64,000 bases of DNA, taken from an uncultured delta proteobacterium (lineage in GTDB: Bacteria > Myxococcota_A > Polyangia > Polyangiales > Polyangiaceae). Positions within the stretch are counted from its first letter, which is position 1. Each line of letters starts with the position of its first letter. The stretch is from NCBI GenBank assembly GCA_963716725.1, contig CAVQUB010000032.1:256001-320000 (forward strand), in the 5' to 3' direction. The translations under genes and the position numbers were made by a program. Shown piece by piece: positions 56,651 to 64,000 of the stretch. Below the pieces are notes generated by a model, which ran no database searches, was not told the origin of the DNA, and saw only the letters and a program-made list of their open reading frames with translations.

Positions 56651-56995
56651 CGCCCACCTCCTCGGTGTGCGTCGCGCGAGAGACGGATCGCCTTGTCGGC
56701 GTATTCCTCGGCGACTTCTGCCAGGTTGTTGGCGTCGCTGTAGTCAGCGGATGCCGCTTCTTCTTGCGCCTTCTCCAGGTGCTGCTGCGCGTAGAAGTAC
56801 TCGTACGGCGCGCAGCTTCTCTGCGCCGAGCTCGCGTGCCTCTTCGAGGCGGCTTGCCGCAGAGTTAGCCTGGAACACATACAGCGTGTGCCCGCAGCCG
56901 CTCTGCGACGCGCTGAGCCCCATCACCGTGAGCACGAAAGCCAAACGAAGGCTCGCCCGCACACTTCCCCGACCGAAGCTCGATTCCCTGGTCAT
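56647..56995 (-). CDS. DUF4398-like small lipoprotein (frameshift near 56815)
   Basis: QSGC lipobox, LEEARELGAE.. then APYEYFYAQQHLEKAQEEAASADY in a shifted frame; overlaps the OmpA start. Confidence 0.75.
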
Positions 56996-57323
56996 CCGTT
57001 GCCCTCGGCTCCACAGCCGAAATTCGCTACGGGGACGCTACCAACCGACGGATTCCGCCGTCAATACGCGGCATGGCTCCGGGCAAGAATCCCTGGCGGG
57101 GGCTCACTCTTCCAGGGGGCCTCTCGCCAGGCTGGTGAGGGGATCCGCCTCCGGCTTGGCCCCAGCCCTAGGCCCGGCCCCAGCCCTAGGCCCGGCCCTA
57201 GCCCTCGGAGCCGGGCTCGCCCTGGGCCAACGACGCTCCCAGGCGGTCACGCCGCGACAGACCGCGCGGCGGCGTTGGAAGCGCGCGCTCGGCGCGACAT
57301 CGCTCCGACGGTGAGTGGAGGGC

Positions 57324-57956
57324 TCAGATCTTCCGGAACACGCCGATGACTTTTCCGAGCAACATGGTCGGCTTGAAGTCCGTCGCACGCACCAAGATAG
57401 GCGCCATTTGCGCGTTCGCCGGCTGGAAGCGCACGTAGTCGCGCTCCGGGTAGTAGTATTTCACAGTCGCCTCGTCGCCGATCATCGCGACCACGATCTC
57501 GCCGCGCTCGGCCGTCGCCTGCTTCTTCACGAAGATGTAGTCGCCGCTGAAGATGCCGGCGTCGATCATGCTGTCGCCTGCCACTTTTAGGCCGAAAACG
57601 TCCTTCCCGCCCCGGACCAGCATCCGATCGATGCGCACGTTGTCGATGATGTTCTCTTCCGCAAGGAGCGGCGCACCCGCGGCCACCCGACCTAGAATCG
57701 GGACCTCGAGGAGATCATCCGAGGACGGTGACGGCTTCTGCTTGTCCTCCACCAGCTTGAGCGCACGGCTCTTCATGTCCTCGCGGCGGAGGTATCCCTT
57801 CCGTTCGAGCGCACGCAGGTGATCGTTCACGCCGTTCGTGGATTTGATGCCCATGTGCTCCCCGATCTCGCGGAGCGTCGGCGGATAGCCGCGGTTTTCG
57901 ATGGAGTAACGGATGAAGGCCAGGGTCTGCTCTTGGCGCTTCGTGAGTCCTTGCAT
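57324..57956 (-). CDS. lexA: SOS repressor LexA
   Basis: [31 protein letters not shown] cleavage site, GDSM (Ser), ATVK (Lys). Confidence 0.96.
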   Translation of the reverse strand: MQGLTKRQEQTLAFIRYSIENRGYPPTLREIGEHMGIKSTNGVNDHLRALERKGYLRREDMKSRALKLVEDKQKPSPSSDDLLEVPILGRVAAGAPLLAEENIIDNVRIDRMLVRGGKDVFGLKVAGDSMIDAGIFSGDYIFVKKQATAERGEIVVAMIGDEATVKYYYPERDYVRFQPANAQMAPILVRATDFKPTMLLGKVIGVFRKI

Positions 57957-57965
57957 GGTCGCCGA

Positions 57966-57994
57966 AAGATACTGAACGGCCGTGCGGGAGTCAA
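57966..57994 (-). promoter_or_regulatory. lexA promoter with candidate LexA box in the spacer
   Basis: TTGACT-N17-TATCTT; spacer contains CCGCACGGCCGTTCAG, resembling the Myxococcus LexA motif ending GTTCAG. Confidence 0.7.
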
Positions 57995-58163
57995 ATGTCC
58001 TACACAGTTTTCCCACAGCACGGCGAAAATCCATGGGTTTCTGGGACTCGGGGGCTAGTTCTTCAACCGGCGCCCGAGCCCTCATTTCCAGCACGCCTGC
58101 GCGCGCGGCACCCTGCGGGCGCTCAGCGCATCTCGGATGTCGCTGTGCACGCGCTCAGCCGGG

Positions 58164-58631
58164 TCAGAACTTCCCGCTCACCGACAAAAAGGTCAGTTTG
58201 TCGGTGGTCTCGCGTAGGCGGGCCACCAGCATCCGCACGACGCTCCACAGCACCTCGTACGCCAGATCCTTGTGCAAAAAAAGAAGGTCGTCGAAGCCGT
58301 CTTTCGCGATGGCGAGCAGACGGCAGCGCTCGTGGACTCGCGCGTCGGCGGACCGCGGCGACTCGTCGAGCAGCGCCATTTCTCCGAAGACCTCGCCGGG
58401 TCCGAGCACCGCCAGTGCCTCTTCGCCCATGCCCGGCACCTCGCGGCTGATCCGGACCTTGCCCTCGAGGATCAGGTAGAGCTTGTCCCCCGCGTCGCCG
58501 TGTTGAAAGATCTTCGTTCCCGTCGCGTGGCGCTCTTCCGTCGCGACCTTGGCGATGAGCTCGAGCGCCTGGGGTTTCAGGCCCGAAAAAAGCGCCAAGT
58601 TGCGCAGCTGCTCGATCCGCTCTTCGCTCAC
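58164..58631 (-). CDS. Stand-alone cyclic nucleotide-binding domain protein
   Basis: IFQHGDAGDKLYLILEGKV, FGEMALL..PRSA. Confidence 0.9.
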   Translation of the reverse strand: MSEERIEQLRNLALFSGLKPQALELIAKVATEERHATGTKIFQHGDAGDKLYLILEGKVRISREVPGMGEEALAVLGPGEVFGEMALLDESPRSADARVHERCRLLAIAKDGFDDLLFLHKDLAYEVLWSVVRMLVARLRETTDKLTFLSVSGKF

Positions 58632-58728
58632 GAGCCCCGCACTCTATCTCAAGGCCGCCATACTGGCGACATCGTGGGAGAGTTGGGGCCCCCCGGCGAC
58701 TGACAGTTGCCGCCGTATCGCTGGAGGA

Positions 58729-59640
58729 TCAGCGCGTGAACCGCACGGGGAACGGGCTCGTCGTCTTGACCAGGGGCTGGCCGTCTTTGTCGGCTCCGAC
58801 GTTGTACTGCATGCGCATGGCGCAGCTCTTCGCCAGCCGTCCAAAGCCGTGGCCTGGATCCGAGATCACGTTGACGCGCTTCGCTCGGCCGTCGGCGCCG
58901 ACGGTGACGCTGATCGTGACGACGCCGAAGTCGATCTTGATCGATGTCGGCTTCCGGAGGGAAGCCGCAGTTCCAGCTGCGGCTCGTCGGGCGGCCGGGC
59001 GGGTCAGCGTCCTTCCCGGGCGGCGCGGCCGCGGGTGCTGCCGCCGGGCTTGCTGCCCTTCCCCGGGCTCCGCCGGCTTGCTTTGGGGTCCCGCACCGCG
59101 GTCTTGCGAGGTGCCGGCAGCCGCAGTCGTTCCGCCCGCGTAGCGATCGCCGGTGCCTGTCACGAAGCCGTTGTCCGGTCAGGTCGACGGGTTCGTCCGG
59201 ATCCGGCTCCGCCGTGAGCACCTTGCCAGCTTCGGCCGCCTGGGGCGGTTCGCCGACTTTGTGATCCGGCGCGGTTGGCTCCGGAGCTGGCGGTGGCTCT
59301 TCGGGCGTGACGTCCTTCTCGGCCTCGGGTTCGGCCGGCGGGCGAGGGCGGCCGCTGCCGGCGGCGTCGTCGACGTTCATGTCGTAGGCCTGCAAGTTGC
59401 GCGCTCGATGCACCTGCCATCCGAACCATGCTCGAGCGAAGCTGCCAGGTGCGAACGCGTTGTCGCCATCTTGCCGGCCGCGGCGCCGTGAACGATCAGC
59501 GCGCCGACGCAATGCCGATCAGCGATCCCGACGGCAGTCCGCGCTCGGCCGAGCGCCAACACCGGCGCGAGCGGATCGCGGTCGCGATCCAGGCGGATGT
59601 CGCGGGAGCCCGGGACGTTCGGCTGACGGCTGTCGTCTCG
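58729..59640 (-). CDS. TonB-like energy transducer (heavily frameshifted; start approximate)
   Basis: TM anchor ..ALIVHGAAA, Pro-rich linker, AGKVLTAEPDPDEPVDLT, C-terminal VTISVTVGADGRAKRV...DPGHGFG; follows exbB-exbD. Confidence 0.7.
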
Positions 59641-60095
59641 GGCTAGTGGGGATTTTCGGTTCCGTGTCCACCGGTACCCCCTCACCCGACGTGCGAGACC
59701 GCAAATGCGATCTTTGCCACGCCTGCGCGCTTCAGCAAGTCCAGCACGTGGATCACGCGGCCATGCTCGACCTTTGTGATCGGCTCGGATCACGGCGCGC
59801 AGGTCCTTGTTCTTGGCTCTTGGCGTCCTTGGCCAGCGGTTCCGATGGTCGTCGTCGTTGCTCACGGTCTTGGAGTCGACCACGGTCTTGCCGTCGGCGC
59901 TGAGCTCGACGCTGAAGATCTTCTGGATGTCCTCGCCGCTGGCCGCCTTCGGCAGATCCATGGGCATGCCTTGGGAAACGATGATCTTCGCCGTGACCAT
60001 GAAGATGATCAAGAGCACCAAGGTGACGTCCACCAGCGGCGTCACGTTGATGCCGCTGATCAGTCCGTCGTCTTCGTCTTCGCGCTCGCCGCCAT
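59635..60095 (-). CDS. exbD: ExbD/TolR family protein (frameshifted; end approximate)
   Basis: [46 protein letters not shown]. Confidence 0.85.
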
Positions 60096-60099
60096 GCGT

Positions 60100-60851
60100 T
60101 CACTCCTCGCTCTCGTCTCGCTCGTCTTCGCAGCTGCCGCGAGCCGGAGTTGGAGCCGCGTCGAGAGCTGCGCCGAAGGCGTTGCGGGGCGAGCTGCCGC
60201 TCGACGCGACCAGGTGCGCAAGCAGCACGCGAGTCAGCGCGTCGGTGTTGGCCAGGATGGACTTCGCTTGGCGTTGGAATACGTTGTACATGACGACCGC
60301 GGGGATCGCGACGGCCAGACCGACGGCGGTGGCGACCAGCGCTTCGGCGATGGCGAACATCACCTCTTGCGGCGCCATGGCGCCGGTAGCGTCTGCGGCG
60401 GCTCTGGTTCTGCCGGCTGAGCGCCTCGAAGGCTTGCACCACGCCGATGACGGTGCCGAACAGGCCGATGAACGGAGCGTTGTTGCCGAGCGTGCCTAGA
60501 AACGCCAGACGCCGCTCGAGCTTGATGCGCTGCAGCGCTCGCAGCGCCGTGCATCGCCTCCTCTGCGGCCTTGGTGCCGCGGTCCGCTTCGAGCAGTCCC
60601 GCGCAAACCACGGCGGCCTCTGCGCTGGGAGACGACTCCATGCGTTTCTTGGCGCCGTCGAGATCGTTGGCACGCAGGCGGTCGCGAAGGTCATGGGCCA
60701 GCTTCGCGAGGTTGTCACGGAGCGACCAGTAGAACCAGGCGCGCTCGAGCATGATCGCAACGGATACAACGCTCAGCACGATCAGGAGCCACATGACCCA
60801 CCCGGCGCCGAAGTTGGTCATCAGCCGTTGGAGCCACGATACGAGATTCAT
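60100..60851 (-). CDS. exbB: ExbB/TolQ/MotA proton channel protein (frameshifts near 60545 and 60410)
   Basis: [11 protein letters not shown]...[42 protein letters not shown]. Confidence 0.88.
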
Positions 60852-60980
60852 TGCATTGATCCTTGGACGCGCGTTCGACGCGCAAGCAGGGCGATATCTT
60901 TAGTGCCGATCCCGGCCGGATCCATAGCCAAAGCTGAAAGCGGGCAGTTTGACGCTGGATCGCGAAGCCCGCCGGGGGGG

Positions 60981-62459
60981 TCAGAGCTCGTGGGGCATCA
61001 AATCGTGCGGCGAGCGGAAGAACTGCTGAGGAGAGTAGCCGAGTAGGCTCGAGACCCGCCGCATGTAGATGTCCGCGTAGCTGCTGACCTGGAGTCCGAA
61101 TCCGCTCATCTCGTTCTCCTCTTTGAGCAGTGAGCCCCAGTAGGGGTGGAAGGTGCGGTCGACGCGGTCGTGGAGCAGCGCATGCTCTTGGTCGATGCGG
61201 CGAAGCTCCGCTCGCAGCCGGTCGATGGCCCGCTTCACTCGCGCTCGGTCCGCGACCCGGTCCGAGCCGTCACCGTTCGCGAGCTTCCCGAGTTCTTTGA
61301 ACTGAGCCTGATAGAAGCGCAGTTCGTCCTCGATCTTCGCGCGTTGCTCGTGCAGCTCGCGGATGCGGCCCAGCTCGATGGCGCAGACCTCCAGCGCGGC
61401 GATCTCGGCGTCCAGCTCTTGGATGATCATGGCGGTGCGCCACGACGTCTCTTTCTTGCAGCGAAGGATGTCGCCGTAGATGTGGTCGCCGACGTAGAGC
61501 ACGCTCGATCCCCGGACGCCCACCAGTCGTTCGAAGTCCACCAGGTTGCCGTTCTCGTAGATGCGCCCGCGTTCGAGGCCACCCTTGACGGCGCGCGTCG
61601 TGTCGCCGTCCCGTTCGAGGAAAGCGTTCCCGTTCTGGAACCACGCGGGCTTCTGGGCGGCGCAGATCACGATGTCGAAGTAGTGCTGCCAGCTGGGGTA
61701 TTCGGCCATGGCGCCGTCGAGCAGGAACGTCATGACCTGGTCGCTGTAGCTCGTCGGTGAGTTGGTGAGCAGAAACAGCTTCTTCCCCGCCGACCGGAAC
61801 TTGTGCAGCGTGCGCGCGAGCTCCGTGTCGCGGGCGACGTAGCGCGGGAAGTCCGCCGTCACGTGGGTGTAGACGGAGCCGTCGCGGTGCGCCTCGTCGA
61901 TGGACGTGCGGACGTCGGTGAACAGGTTGGCGTAGTCCACGTGTTCGCCCCGCCGCTCGAGCACGTCCACGATGGCCGAGTACGCGGTGACCTCGGAGAG
62001 CGCGAAGAGCGTGTCGATCCAGTGATAACGCGGCGTGTGCGGGCGGATACGCTTGTGGTGATAGAGTTCGTCGAGCTCGTCCTGCGCCAGAGCCGGAGGC
62101 CGTGGTAGCCCTTGCAGCACGACCCTTGTGCCGATCCATCTTCAGCACGTGGCCGAGCTTCTTGTCGACCAGCAGGCCGCGGATGGGGAAGTGGGCGTCG
62201 TAGCTCAGGTGGCGCAAGTACGAGGGTAGCCGCGCCGCACCATGCGCTCGGCAGTCAGGTCGATGCTGATCGCGTCCATCTGCTCTTGGTTGTAGATGGC
62301 CAGCGTGTAGTCCATGTCGAAGCCGACCCACTCGATGGACGACAGGCGCAGGTTGCGGTTCACCGATACCTTGTCGGCACGCGGGATGCCGGCGCTCCGG
62401 CCGGCGTCGGAGATCGCGCCGGGGAAGGGCAGGAGCAGCTGTTTCGGATGCGGGGGCAA
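60981..62459 (-). CDS. HAD-IG family (cN-II-like) 5'-nucleotidase (frameshifts near 62222 and 62125)
   Basis: GFDMDYTLA, DTLF, FLLTNS, KP.WF, YVGDHIYGDI, WRT, YWGSL, YADIY. Confidence 0.9.
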
Positions 62460-62483
62460 CGGGTCGACGCTCGAATCATATCA

Positions 62484-63555
62484 TCAGACGCGACGCACGC
62501 CGTGGCCGGCCTGAATTTGGTCTACCGTGAGTCGGGGGCCCTGCTGCTCGAAGCCGCCCGCGAGGGGCCGCTCCGCCATGAACAGGGGTGTGTCGAGATC
62601 GACGAAGGAGAACCCGCCCAACCCTCCGGCGAAGCAGGCCGAGGCTGTCATGCAGAGCTCGGTCTCGACCATGCCCCCCACCATCAGACCGAGGCCGGCG
62701 GCGCGTGCGGCGCCCACCATGTCGAGGGCCTCGGCGACGCCGCTCTTCATCAGCTTGATGTTGATGACGTCGGCCGCGTGTTCGCGCGCCAGGACGCCGA
62801 CCGCTCGGGCATTCTTTGCGCTTTCGTCGGCTGCCACCGGGACGCGTCCCTGCTCCCGCACCCGGCGCAACCCGTCCAGATCCCCTGCCGGCGTCGGCTG
62901 TTCGAAGAGCGCGATCCGCGCGCGGCGGGGTCCGAGGGCGCCGAGCAGGCCGACCGCCTCGTCGGCGGAGAGCGCCGCGTTGGCGTCCAGGATCAACTTC
63001 GCGCGAGGAGCTGCCTCGAGGATGGCGTCGAGTCGCGCGACGTCCTCGTCGAATCCGCCCCGCACCGATCTTGATCTTGAGCGTGGCGAACCCGTCCTGA
63101 GCGGCGCGAGCGGCGGCGATCCGGGCCTCTTCCACGGTGCCGGTCACCAGCGTCAGGTCGCTGACGAGCGCGGCCTCGGCGCCGCCGAAGAAGCTCCAGA
63201 GCGAAAGCCCGACGCGGCGACACAGCGCGTCGAGCAGCGCGGTCTCGACGGCACAGCGAGCTGCGGCAGCCCCGGGTGCGGCTTCGGTGAGCTGCGACGC
63301 CACCCGCCGCCAGCGGCGCGCGTCTTGGCCGACGATCACCGCGCGCAGGTTCTCGAGGGTCGCCAGCGTCTGCTCCTGCGTCTCGCCGCTGACGGCGGGA
63401 AAGGGCGCCGCCTCACCGAGGCCCGTGCTGCCGTCTTCGAGCGTGATTGTGACGAGTACGTTCCGCGCGCTCGCCTGCGTGCCGCTTGCGATTCCGAAGG
63501 GCGTCGTGAGGGCGACGTCCAATGCTTCGGCGTGCACCTGCTTGATGGCGAGCAT
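62484..63555 (-). CDS. Dipeptide (L-Ala-D/L-Glu) epimerase, enolase superfamily (frameshift near 63063)
   Basis: PFGIASG, GLGEAAP, LKIKIG, DANA, FEQP, ADES, NIKLMK, DLD. Confidence 0.88.
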
Positions 63556-63583
63556 GCTGACTGCCGAGTAGACTACGGCACCG

Positions 63584-64000
63584 ATGCGTCCAATTGCCAT
63601 TTTGGTGACCGGGGAGCCCGTCGCGCGGGCGCGGGCATCGCGCGGCAGCTTTTCGGACATGATCCGGACCGCCGTCGGCGACGCCTGGCGTGGCCCGTGG
63701 CTCGAGCTGGACGCTCGGCGCGCAGAGCCCTGGCCAGAGCCGGCGTCACTCGCGGGCATGATCGTCACCGGATCGAGCGCCAGCGTCACCGATCGCGAGC
63801 CCTGGGTGGTCGAGATCGAAGCGCGCCTGGCGGCGCTGGTGGCGGCGACGACGCCCGTGTTCGGGATCTGCTTCGGCCACCAGGTGCTTGGCCAGGCGCT
63901 GGGCGGCCAGGTGGTGCAGAACCCGCGCGGCCGTCAGATCGGGACGGTCGACGCCGAGGTGTCCGGCGACGATGCGCTGCTCGCCGGGAGTTCGCGGCCG
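63584..64000 (+). CDS. Class I glutamine amidotransferase-like protein, runs off the right edge
   Basis: Manual translation MRPIAILVTGEP...IVTGSSASV...PVFGICFGHQ. Confidence 0.85.
   Translation, partial: MRPIAILVTGEPVARARASRGSFSDMIRTAVGDAWRGPWLELDARRAEPWPEPASLAGMIVTGSSASVTDREPWVVEIEARLAALVAATTPVFGICFGHQVLGQALGGQVVQNPRGRQIGTVDAEVSGDDALLAGSSRP

Noticed and set aside
57150..57230. Short 6/18-bp periodic repeat (GGCCCCAGCCCTAGGCCC x2) downstream of lexA
   Set aside because: Short, degenerate, with no associated gene or clear structure.

Overview
High-GC bacterial chromosomal segment, most likely Myxococcota/Polyangiales (inferred from an MXAN_5187-type protein, Cys-rich lipoproteins, a Ser/Thr kinase, an FHA-GAF sigma54 activator and a Myxococcus-type LexA box). 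It is mostly housekeeping and envelope genes: a dispersed selenocysteine machinery (selA, selB, tRNA-Sec; no selD here), a B12-binding radical SAM gene abutting tRNA-Sec, WS/DGAT, fused E1, tdh-kbl, lepB, gpsA, HtrA, CBS, an RRM protein, 6S RNA, FadL-like, rlmM, trxB, UDG, acyl-CoA ligase, OmpA, lexA, ExbB/ExbD/TonB, a 5'-nucleotidase and a dipeptide epimerase. Many genes carry single-base frameshifts that look like long-read errors. The standout locus is 49.8-51.8 kb: two apparently identical four-helix-bundle (23S-IVP/Avd-like) genes, each bracketed by G-rich (GGGGTC/GGGTGC/GCGTGC)n tracts plus 9-mer and 7-mer repeats, with no transposase or RT. A 335-bp non-autonomous element (imperfect terminal IRs, IS21-like subterminal repeats, perfect 8-bp target duplication, internal promoter-like motif and strong hairpins) is inserted upstream of the second copy. 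All calls come from reading the sequence; no searches were run.
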